DNA of 64,000 nucleotides from assembly GCA_944381825.1 (NCBI GenBank), contig CALWMK010000003.1, positions 1,987-65,986 on the forward strand, written 5' to 3'. Shown here piece after piece: positions 51,454-60,500 of this stretch. The DNA comes from an uncultured Clostridia bacterium. Lineage in GTDB: Bacteria > Bacillota > Clostridia > Christensenellales > UBA1242. Position 1 is the first letter of the stretch; every line of letters begins with the position of its first letter. A model generated the notes under the pieces. The model did not search any database, was not told the DNA's origin, and was given only the letters and a program-made list of their open reading frames with translations. The position numbers and the translations under genes are program-made.

Positions 51454-52395
51454 TTGCAAAAAGTATTTGATAGAGAAGTTATAGAAAGTTTTGCTATGTC
51501 AAGCTCACAAGAAGCTGTTTTAGCTCTTGTTGAGTTTGTTGAAGCCACTTTTAATGAAGTTTTAAGAAAACTGAGGACTAAAAGACCTGTGATTTCTGAT
51601 AATTATTCTTTTGAAATTGTTGGAGAGTTTGAAAATGGTTCTTTTAGTGCGAATTCGTGTTTAGATTTTTTTATTATAATAAAATCACCGCAGTTAGAAC
51701 TTAATACTATTAAACTTATAAATAATAAATTTAAAACTTTTTGGAACAAACTCAAATTTGCCTATGCTAGCTCAAAAAAAGAGAAAAAGCGTAAAAAAAA
51801 TAAGAAAAAAGAGGAACAAAAAGAAATTATTATACCTGTTAACAAATATTCTATTGCAGATTTAAAACAAGATATAATAAATGAAACTTTAAATTTTATT
51901 GATGAAAAGTGTTTTATATGCTCAAATATTTATGGCTTTAAACTGATATTAAGAGAATATTTTGGAACAGATGTTAACGTTTTTCCCGTATTAAAAAGCG
52001 GAGAAAATTTTCAAATTTATAATTCTTTTAGTAATAAATTTATTGAAATAAATTTTAAAAATAGAGAACAAAATTTTTCAACTAAAGTAGAAAGTGTTGG
52101 AGATATTTTTATATTACTACTTAGGGTATTTAATTCATTATATTTTAATATTTATAACACCAATCCAAATCAAATTGCAATTGAAAGTTTATTGTATAGT
52201 TGTCCAGACGAACTTTTTGTAGGCAATGACTTTTATGAAGTGTTTTTAAAAATTTTAAATTATTTATATAATTGTAATACCGAAAAACTTAAGTGTATAA
52301 TAGACGACGAAATTTTATTTAAAAATAAATTAGTCAGTGATTCAGTGGTCACCATTCAAAATTTTATAAAAACAATTTCGAAACTTCTAAGTTAA
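51454..52395 (+). CDS. Hypothetical protein, possible degenerate nucleotidyltransferase fold with Lys-rich insert
   Basis: TTG start 1 nt after the serS stop (alternative ATG at codon 15). GEFENGSFSANSCLDFFIII resembles hG[GS]-x(7-12)-DhDh but has only one acidic residue. Later TDVNVFPV. Insert SSKKEKKRKKNKKKEEQKE. Confidence 0.4.
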   Translation: MQKVFDREVIESFAMSSSQEAVLALVEFVEATFNEVLRKLRTKRPVISDNYSFEIVGEFENGSFSANSCLDFFIIIKSPQLELNTIKLINNKFKTFWNKLKFAYASSKKEKKRKKNKKKEEQKEIIIPVNKYSIADLKQDIINETLNFIDEKCFICSNIYGFKLILREYFGTDVNVFPVLKSGENFQIYNSFSNKFIEINFKNREQNFSTKVESVGDIFILLLRVFNSLYFNIYNTNPNQIAIESLLYSCPDELFVGNDFYEVFLKILNYLYNCNTEKLKCIIDDEILFKNKLVSDSVVTIQNFIKTISKLLS

Positions 52396-52433
52396 CAACT
52401 TTTAAAGTAATTTCATATTTAATATTTGTAAGA

Positions 52434-52465
52434 ACACATATTTATTTTTAATATGTGTTTTTTTA
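52434..52465 (+). terminator. Intrinsic terminator
   Basis: ACACATAT / ATATGTGT 8-bp stem, 9-nt loop, T7. Confidence 0.6.
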
Positions 52466-52508
52466 ATTATTAGAACTATTTGAAAATACAAAATTTCCGC
52501 AAAATTTG

Positions 52509-52536
52509 TCAAATTCTCTTACAATTCGCATATATA
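52509..52536 (+). promoter_or_regulatory. Mother-cell-type (sigma-E/sigma-K-like) promoter candidate for sigK
   Basis: TCAAATT (52509-52515), 13 nt, CATATATA (52529-52536). Compare the B. subtilis sigma-E consensus kmATATT / CATACA-T and the sigma-K -10 CATA---TA. Confidence 0.4.
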
Positions 52537-52555
52537 TAGGTTATTAGGAGCTTTT

Positions 52556-53260
52556 ATGATTTTTGAAAATTTTATGGCATTTATGAACAAGATTCTATTA
52601 TTTTCTTCTTTTATAAACAATGCCTCTGGCTTTCCAAAACCATTAACCCCAGAAGAGGAAAGAGATTGCTTTGAAAAATTTAAAAAGGGCGATGTAAAGG
52701 CTAAAGATAAATTAATAAATCATAATCTTAGATTGGTGGCACACATTGTTAAAAAATATTCAGGTTGTGGAGAGGCAGACGATTTGATTTCGGTCGGTTC
52801 GATTGGACTAATAAAAGCTATAAATTCGTTTGAATATGGAAAGGGAACACAACTCTCAACCTATGCTGCAAGATGCATTGAAAATGAGATTTTGATGTTA
52901 CTTAGATTAAATAAAAAACATTCTAAAACTGTTTCTATTCAAGAAAGTCTTGGTCAAGACAAAGATGGAAACGATATTGAACTTATGGATATTATATCGG
53001 ATATGGACGAAGAGAATATGTTTGATGTCGTATCAAATAATATTTTGGGCGAAAAAATAACGCGTATTGTAAATATGTATTTACCTGAAAGAGAGGCACA
53101 AATAATTAAATATAGATATGGTTTGGAAAATCAAGCAATTTTAACACAAAGAGAAATTGCACAAAAACTGGGGATTTCTCGATCGTATATTTCAAGACTA
53201 GAAACAAAAGCGCTTGAAACTATAAAAGAAAAAATTGATGAAAAAGGAATCTTTATCTGA
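52556..53260 (+). CDS. sigK: RNA polymerase sporulation sigma factor SigK (pro-form, uninterrupted)
   Basis: Hydrophobic pro-sequence then FINNASGFPKPL (compare B. subtilis YVKNNAFPQPL). NHNLRLVAHIVKKY, YAARCIENEILM, GISRSYISRLE. Confidence 0.85.
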   Translation: MIFENFMAFMNKILLFSSFINNASGFPKPLTPEEERDCFEKFKKGDVKAKDKLINHNLRLVAHIVKKYSGCGEADDLISVGSIGLIKAINSFEYGKGTQLSTYAARCIENEILMLLRLNKKHSKTVSIQESLGQDKDGNDIELMDIISDMDEENMFDVVSNNILGEKITRIVNMYLPEREAQIIKYRYGLENQAILTQREIAQKLGISRSYISRLETKALETIKEKIDEKGIFI

Positions 53261-53303
53261 CAAAAAAGTTATAATCTTTACATTTTTTTACATATAATAT
53301 AAC

Positions 53304-53480
53304 ATGGAAAATTTTGGCGAAAAAATAATTGTTAGTTATGCTAATCCTTGCTATAACATTAGTTATAAGAATAAAAGCTTTAAAAGACTTGCTCAAAGTT
53401 TTTTAACATCTTGCAACATTGTTCTTGCTGTTTTAAATATTTTGAATTTATTTCAAATTTTAACTGGTAGGATATTATGA
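53304..53480 (+). CDS. Possible 58-aa ORF translationally coupled to the M50 protease gene
   Basis: ATG 53304 to TGA 53478-53480, forming an ATGA overlap with the next start. Moderately hydrophobic C-terminus (CNIVLAVLNILNLFQIL). No SD visible. Confidence 0.25.
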   Translation: MENFGEKIIVSYANPCYNISYKNKSFKRLAQSFLTSCNIVLAVLNILNLFQILTGRIL

Positions 53481-54313
53481 AAATTTTTCATCCTGCCTTT
53501 TTGGTTTTTATGATTGTGCTTTTAATTTTTGGCTATGGTTTTTTGGCTGTTGTTTATTTGATGGCGCTTGTTTTTCATGAACTAGGTCATGCATTTGTTG
53601 CTAAAAAATTTGGCTATAAATTAAAAAGTTTTTATTTAATGCCTTATGGAGCTTGCTTGTCTTATGAAGAGCATGTTTTTTTAGAAAATGAAGAGTTTTT
53701 AATTGCTATCGCTGGACCATTAATGAATTTATTTTTATGTTTAATTTGTATTGCTCTATGGTGGATTTTTCCAGTAATGTACGCGTTGACATTAGATTTT
53801 GTAAGTGCAAACTTTTTTTTGGCTCTTTTAAATTTTCTTCCAGCTTTTCCATTGGATGGAGGAAGAATTTTATTAGCAAATTTATCAAATAAAATGGATA
53901 GAAAAAAGGCGATTAAAATTAGTTTAATATTTAACTATGTTTTTTGCTTTATATTTATTTTTGTTTTCATTATTTCTTGTTTTAACAAAATAAATTTTTC
54001 TTTTTTAATTATGGCTATTTTTCTTTTTCTTAGTGTCTTTGATGGAAAATTCCAAGGCAAATATCAAAGAATATTTTCTCAAGATAAAAGCAAAATATTA
54101 AAAAAAGGAATTAAATTAAAAACAATGGCTTTTTCATCAAAAGTACCACTTTATAAAATATCTAGAGAAATTTCTAGCACTAAATATAATGTATTTTTTA
54201 TTGTTTCTGAAAGTGGCAAGGCTAAATTGATGAGTGAAAATAGTTTGAAAAGTATTATAGAACGAAATAATGCAAATGATAGTTTTTCTGATATTTTTCC
54301 TAATTTTGAATAA
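53477..54313 (+). CDS. spoIVFB: M50 site-2 metalloprotease, SpoIVFB-like (pro-sigma-K processing enzyme candidate)
   Basis: HELGHAFVA (HExxH) in a TM helix, NFLPAFPLDGGR, six TM helices, CBS-like C-terminal domain, about 280 aa, directly downstream of pro-sigK. Confidence 0.7.
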   Translation: MKIFHPAFLVFMIVLLIFGYGFLAVVYLMALVFHELGHAFVAKKFGYKLKSFYLMPYGACLSYEEHVFLENEEFLIAIAGPLMNLFLCLICIALWWIFPVMYALTLDFVSANFFLALLNFLPAFPLDGGRILLANLSNKMDRKKAIKISLIFNYVFCFIFIFVFIISCFNKINFSFLIMAIFLFLSVFDGKFQGKYQRIFSQDKSKILKKGIKLKTMAFSSKVPLYKISREISSTKYNVFFIVSESGKAKLMSENSLKSIIERNNANDSFSDIFPNFE

Positions 54314-54323
54314 CATATTTTAT

Positions 54324-54827
54324 ATGAAACAAACATTAAAGTATATTCTTGAAAGACTAATACAACTAAGGAAATTTGCAGAAGAAAAACATAGTATAAC
54401 TATTGCATTAGCAAGTGGTGTAATAGTATTTTTTGCTGGTTTTATCGAAAGTCGCGATCCTTTTATTTTATTTTTATCAGCTTTGTCGATTATTTTTAGC
54501 CTAATATCTGTTCTTTCAAGTTTTATTGCGTTAATGGCAAAACGCGTCAAAACCAATAGAAAAAAAAGTGCAACTGAAGGCGATTTAATGGACTATAAAT
54601 CTATAAGCAAATTTAACTATGAAGGATATTTAGAATCTATTAAAAAGCAATATAACTTTCCTATAACTTATAAATTTGATGATTTTGATAGAGATTTATC
54701 TAGACAAATTATTGCAACAGCTAAAGTTATATTACACAAATTTTCATATTTTAACATTGCGCTTTTATTTTTGGGTTTGAGTCTTGTGTTAGGTGTGATT
54801 GTTGTTTGTATTTTGGGTGGGGTATGA
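54324..54827 (+). CDS. 3-TM membrane protein of unknown function (resembles 2-3TM effector families such as Pycsar-TM/DUF5706 or SLATT)
   Basis: N-terminal helix ..LRKFAEEKHSITIALASG.., TM1-TM2 hairpin, soluble segment of about 70 aa, C-terminal TM. No SD. The family call rests only on architecture and a weak motif resemblance. Confidence 0.45.
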   Translation: MKQTLKYILERLIQLRKFAEEKHSITIALASGVIVFFAGFIESRDPFILFLSALSIIFSLISVLSSFIALMAKRVKTNRKKSATEGDLMDYKSISKFNYEGYLESIKKQYNFPITYKFDDFDRDLSRQIIATAKVILHKFSYFNIALLFLGLSLVLGVIVVCILGGV

Positions 54828-55186
54828 CAATGCCAGAAGATTTTGTTTTTTGGATAAAAAGCATTGTTGAAGATGACCCAATCCCGTATGAAATCGATCA
54901 TTTATATTTTGCACTTTCAATGAAAAACAAAATCGCCAGTTTGTGTCTTGGTGGGCGTGAACAAAACTCAGAAATCATAGGCGATTTTGAATATTTTCCA
55001 TTGGAAGCGCAATTCTTTTTTAATCGAACTTTTAATAATATTACGGACGCATATCTAGCAAAACTCGCTATAAAGCAACTTCTTGACTATGCTTTAGATG
55101 ATGTCGAAATTAGAAAAATTTTTAAAAACAAAAAAGTATATATAGGCGAGTTTCAAAGATGTGTGGAATATAGCATTCAATTATAA
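54824..55186 (+). CDS. Small cytoplasmic protein, unknown function
   Basis: ATG 54824 forms an ATGA overlap with the upstream stop and follows GGGTGGGG. 120 aa, acidic, no TM helix. Confidence 0.5.
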   Translation: MTMPEDFVFWIKSIVEDDPIPYEIDHLYFALSMKNKIASLCLGGREQNSEIIGDFEYFPLEAQFFFNRTFNNITDAYLAKLAIKQLLDYALDDVEIRKIFKNKKVYIGEFQRCVEYSIQL

Positions 55187-55200
55187 AAGATAGTCTAAGT

Positions 55201-55258
55201 CTTTTGCAACTTTATTTAATTTTTGTTATAATAAATAAAATATTTTTAGTTGCAAAAG
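55201..55258. repeat. 10-bp perfect inverted repeat bracketing a promoter
   Basis: CTTTTGCAAC (55201-55210) and GTTGCAAAAG (55249-55258) are exact reverse complements. The -35 and -10 boxes lie between them. Confidence 0.85.
55204..55232 (+). promoter_or_regulatory. Sigma-A promoter with extended -10 for the DUF4132-like gene
   Basis: TTGCAA (55204-55209), 17-nt spacer, TGtTATAAT (55224-55232). Confidence 0.55.
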
Positions 55259-55266
55259 AGGTTTGT

Positions 55267-57408
55267 ATGATTATCTTGCAAAATATTAAACAAATAAATG
55301 AAAGGATTAATAGCATTTTTTGTTTATCTCAACCATTTTCGGATGATGATTTTTCCTTTGTTGAAAATCAATTTAACGAAAATGAAATATTATTATATAT
55401 TAAAAACAGTCCAATGATTAAAGGAAAAGATAAGGAAATTGAAGAATTGTCTCTTTTGATTTTTCAATTAAAAAATTATTTGCCAGCACTTTGCAATTTG
55501 ACTAATTTCTTTTTGTTGTCAAAAAATTTTGAAGCTGTTTATTTGTTTACTTCTAAACTTTTTATTTCACATGTTGGTAATATTAATTATTCAAGCTATG
55601 GAAACTATACTTTTAAAGAAAGATATTTTGATCGATTCATCGAAATAATAAAAAATTGTAATATTTCACCTGAAAATTATTTTCCCTTTCTGCTTTATAT
55701 TTTTAGAAATGGAAAAGAGGGAGGTGTATATAACTGGAGAGGTCCTTGTTTGGAATATATGCAAATTTTTTATAACGAAAACAAAGAGCTTTTTATGAAA
55801 TTCATTGAAACCAGTGAATATAAATTTGAACTTTTATTTTTGTTATCGCGATTTAATACACAAAAAGCTCTTTCGTTATGTTTTGAATATTTGTCAATCA
55901 AACAACCTCAAACAGAGATTTTTGAAATTTTGAAAGGAATAAAAAAAGAAACATTGCTTTTTATTGATCAGGCTTTGATTAGTGCTAGTGAGGAAGTTTT
56001 AGAAAAGTTTTATCTTGTTTTATTATCATTTCAAGATGATAATGATGCAAAATCAAGAATATTAGAAATTTACAAGATTACCCAATCCAGAGTATTAAGA
56101 AATGATATAGCAAATAAATTGGGTATAAGTGATAATTTTGGCACATTTAAAAATGAAAAGCAATTTTTATTTGCTGTTAGAAGAAATGTTAAAGAAGAAA
56201 AACAAAGAGTTTTTTCTTTAGCATTTGAAAACTGCAATCTTAAATATAAAAGTGGCTTAGAGGCAGATTTTTCATCATACACTTTTTTATTAGATTTGTT
56301 TAAAAATGATAAAAACCTTTTAAACTTACATAAACTAGCATCATTAAAAGAGGTCTTTGACTCAAATTCTTTGCAAGAATTTTCACAACAATTATTTGAA
56401 ATTTTAAAAAGAAAACAAGACATAAAATCTACTAAATGGCTTGTTAGGTTTGTTTCACTTTTAAACGAAAATATGAATGATATTTTTGAATTTATAAAAA
56501 ATTTATTTTCGCAAAATAGATGTAAAGAGGCAAAATACTTTATTGAATGTCTATTAGCTTCAAAAAAAGATGTAATGAATTTATATAAGGAACTTGCAGA
56601 AAATGATAATTTTATTCGTGAAAAAGAATATTATGTTCAAATTTTATGTGACAATTTAAATTATGAACCTTCTAAAGTTTATGATTTTCTTGTTACTGAA
56701 ACTAGTGATGCAAATTTGCAAAAGCAAAGAATGTTTGAAGAGTTTATTTCATATAGAAAATTTTCGCAAGATTACTTTCAGATTTACATTAATCTGCCTG
56801 TAATTTCAAAATTATGTGAAAAATTGGTGTTTGGAGAATATAAGTTTGATAGATTATATAGCGCATTTGTAATAGAAAATGGAAAAAGAAAATATTTAAA
56901 ATTTGAACCTACAAAAGAATCTTACATTTCTGTTGTTCATCCACAAGATATTGATGATAGATTTATAGAAATAACACAATATTTTGAAAATCCGACATTT
57001 AATCAATTTGAAAAAGTTGAATTTAATGCAAAAACTTTTGATAGGTCAATTGCCAAGGTTAATTCATTTTCAGGCATGATTGTATCGCTTGAAAAATTTA
57101 TTGAAAATTTAAAAAAATTGGGTTTTGTAATAAACAAAGAAAAAAGCGATATTTATTTTAATTCAACAATAAGTTGTTTTGTTCCTTTAAACCTTGCTTG
57201 TGAAATTCAATTTGAAGGCAAATTAATGGAAAATTCAACATACGCAACAATCTCAGCTGTGTCTTTTTATAAATATAGTGAATTAATTAATTCAAATGGA
57301 AAGTATTTAACACAAAAACAAGATGCTTTAACAATTTCAGCATTGCCATATAGATATTTTGCATATATTATGACAAAAATTTTAAAGTGTGCAAAATCAT
57401 CAATTTAA
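55267..57408 (+). CDS. Large cytoplasmic protein with helical-repeat N-region and DUF4132-like C-terminal domain
   Basis: ATG 55267 follows AAAGAGG (the track's TTG 55204 is the -35 box). The C-terminal ..ISVVHPQDIDDRF..NPTFNQFEKVEF.. resembles the DUF4132 core (..HP..L..W..QPF.QL.R..). Confidence 0.5.
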   Translation: MIILQNIKQINERINSIFCLSQPFSDDDFSFVENQFNENEILLYIKNSPMIKGKDKEIEELSLLIFQLKNYLPALCNLTNFFLLSKNFEAVYLFTSKLFISHVGNINYSSYGNYTFKERYFDRFIEIIKNCNISPENYFPFLLYIFRNGKEGGVYNWRGPCLEYMQIFYNENKELFMKFIETSEYKFELLFLLSRFNTQKALSLCFEYLSIKQPQTEIFEILKGIKKETLLFIDQALISASEEVLEKFYLVLLSFQDDNDAKSRILEIYKITQSRVLRNDIANKLGISDNFGTFKNEKQFLFAVRRNVKEEKQRVFSLAFENCNLKYKSGLEADFSSYTFLLDLFKNDKNLLNLHKLASLKEVFDSNSLQEFSQQLFEILKRKQDIKSTKWLVRFVSLLNENMNDIFEFIKNLFSQNRCKEAKYFIECLLASKKDVMNLYKELAENDNFIREKEYYVQILCDNLNYEPSKVYDFLVTETSDANLQKQRMFEEFISYRKFSQDYFQIYINLPVISKLCEKLVFGEYKFDRLYSAFVIENGKRKYLKFEPTKESYISVVHPQDIDDRFIEITQYFENPTFNQFEKVEFNAKTFDRSIAKVNSFSGMIVSLEKFIENLKKLGFVINKEKSDIYFNSTISCFVPLNLACEIQFEGKLMENSTYATISAVSFYKYSELINSNGKYLTQKQDALTISALPYRYFAYIMTKILKCAKSSI

Positions 57409-57557
57409 ATTATTTTGTATAATTAAAATTACTTATGAAATATTAACACTTTAAAGAGATTTTAATAATGTAATTTTTTTATAAATTACTCTTGCGTAAA
57501 ACATTGTTTTTATGTTAAAATTTTAATAGTTTGAGATTTTAACATAGGAGAACTGAA

Positions 57558-60500
57558 GTGTACTTTAAACAGATTGAACTTGCTGGTTTTAAATCTTTTG
57601 CCGATAGACTTAGTATTAAGTTTGATGGCGGTATAACAGCAATAGTAGGACCAAATGGTTGTGGAAAAAGCAATGTTGCAGATGCTATTCGCTGGGTATT
57701 AGGTGAACAAAGTAGCAAACAACTTCGCGGAAGTTCCATGCAAGATGTCATTTTTAATGGAACAAAAAAAAGAAAAAGTTTGTCATATTGTGAAGCAACA
57801 TTAACTTTTAATAACACCGACAGACTTTTTGATTATGATTATGATGAATTGGCAATAACTAGAAAACTTTATAGATCTGGTGAAAGTGAATATTTAATAA
57901 ATAAAAATCCTTGTAGATTAAAAGATATCATCAATTTGTTTTATGATTCTGGAATTGGGAGAGATGGTTATTCAATTATCGGACAGGGAAAGGTTGAAGA
58001 AATTATCTCTTCAAAACCCGAAACTAGAAGACTTATTTTTGAAGAAGCCGCAGGAATTGCAAAATTTAAATCAAGAAAGGTAGAGGCAGAAAGAAAACTC
58101 GAAAGAACGAGAGAAAATTTAACAAGATTAAAAGACATAATTGGAGAACTTGAAAGACAGCTTGGACCTTTAAAAAAACAAGCTGAAAATGCAAAAAAAT
58201 ATCTTGAATTTAAATCTCAACTAAAAGATTTAGAGGTGAATGCCTATATTTTTCAATATGAAAATGCAAGCGAAATTAAGCAAGAAATAAATACGAAGCT
58301 TGCAGCAATAACAGAGGAGCTTGGTCTAAGGGAAAGTGATTACGCTGATATAAATGCCAATTATGAGAGTAATATGTCTAAAATAAACAATATAGACAAA
58401 ATTATTTCTGAACTTCATACAAAAATTTTAGACCTTACGGTTGGTATGGAAAAACAAGCAGGTGAAACAAAACTATTAAAAGAAAGAGTGAATTATTTAA
58501 ATGAGCAAAATGATAAAATTCAACTTGACATTGTAAATTCTCAGCAATTTATTGAAAAAAGTGAGTTTCAAGTTTCTCTTCAACAAGATAAACTAAAAAG
58601 TATAGATGAAGAAATTGAAATGCTAAACAAGTCCTCTCAAGAGCTTTTTTCTAAATTTATATTTGTAAATGAGCAAATTGAACTTTTGGAAGGTGAGTCT
58701 ATTGAAAGAACAAGGCAGGTTTTAGATTCTATTGGAAAACTAACCGACTTAAAATCTTCTTCTTCAAAATTCCAAACTGAAAGAGAAATGCTTATTACAA
58801 CGAAACAAGAACTTTCCGAGAAAATAAAAGATTATACCTTTCAAATTTCCAAACTAAAAGACAACGAAGTTTCAGCAAGAGAATTTGTTCAAAGAGCAAA
58901 TAATCAAAGTGATGATTATAGCAAGCAACAAGCAAAGATGCAACTAAATTTAGCATCTTTAAATTCGCAAATTAAGCAGCAAGAACAAACTAGAAATAAT
59001 TTGTATGCCAAGCTTCAGGTTTATGAAAATAGAAAAAGACTTTTAAGTGAAATGCAAGCGGAATTTGAAGGGTACAACCATAGTGTTAAAAAAATATTGA
59101 AGGAAAGCGAAAAAAACTTAGAGTTTAAAAGAAAAATGGTTGGAGTACTTGCCAACTTAATTAAAGTAGAACCTAAGTTTGAAACAGCTATTGAAGTGGC
59201 TTTGGGTAATGCTGTTCAAAATATTGTTACGTATGACGAGGATAATGCAAAACAATTAATTGCCTTTTTAAAGCAAAACAACTATGGAAGAGCAACATTT
59301 TTACCAATTACTACAATGAAGCCTAGAAGATTAAATGATTATGACCTTTCTTCATTAAAAACCAAAGGTTGCTTTGGGGTTGCATCTAAACTAGTTTATT
59401 TTGATAGTAAAATTTCTAATGTCATTGAAAATTTACTTGGAGCAACCGTCATAGTTGACACATTAGACACTGCAATTTCACTTGCAAGCAACACAAGATA
59501 TAGTTTTAAAATTGTGACTTTAGAGGGTGATGTTGTAAACCCTCAAGGCTCTTTTACTGGAGGTTCTAAGAAAAACGAAACAGCAAATTTAATTTCCAGA
59601 GAAAGAGAAATTGAAACTTTAGCAAAAGAAATTGTCAATATTAAAGAAGAATTTTCTAAAACAGAAAAAGAAATTTCTAATTTGGTTTCTGAATCTAACG
59701 GAATTTCAAAAGACTTAGAAAATATTATTCTTTTAAAGGGTCAAGCTGAAATTGTTTCGGCAAAAGAAAATGAAAAATTAGAGAATTTACTATTAAATTT
59801 AAATTCTTTAGTTGAAGAAAAATTGCAAAGTGAAAGTAAACTAAATGCAATTAATATGAAAATTGAGGAACTTGAAAATGAACTTGTGAGAGCTCAAGAG
59901 CTTGAAAAGGGCACGGTTATTGATAAAGATGATTATGATGCAAAAAACAAACAAAAACAAGAAAAATTAAATGCCTTGAAAGCTGAGAGGGAAGAGTATT
60001 CAAATTCATTAACTGCCGTAAAGGTTAAACTTGCCTCTGCACAAACAGAAAAACAATCTATAAAAGATAATTTGATTAGATTGCATGATGAAATATCATC
60101 TGAACAAATAATTTTAGATAGCAATAAAAAACAATTCGAAAAGAATTCTTACACCATAAATGAGGCAAATAAACTAATTGAAGAAAATGTTTCAAAAAAT
60201 GTTTCTGCGCAAACCTTAGAAGAGTTAGAAAATGCAAAAGAAAAACAAAAACAATTGGCAATTGATAAAGAAAGCATGCAAGACATAATTAAACAAATAA
60301 ATGAAAAAAGAGATGTTTTGATTGAAAATATCAACACTTTAAAAGAAAAAAAATATGCTCAAGAAATGCAACTTGCAAAAGTTGATACGGACATCGAAGC
60401 AATGCAAGAGCGTATTTATGAGGAATATGAACTGACTTATGAATCTTGTTTAGAATTTAAAAGAAGTGATTTTGATATCAATCTTGCTATGATTGACATA

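Noticed and set aside
52556-53260. skin-like intervening element in sigK
   Set aside because: The ORF is continuous from the pro-sequence through region 4.2 (GISRSYISRLE). There is no interruption.
55204-55266. TTG 55204 as start of the 734-aa ORF
   Set aside because: The TTG is the -35 hexamer of a strong promoter. ATG 55267 has a proper SD (AAAGAGG).
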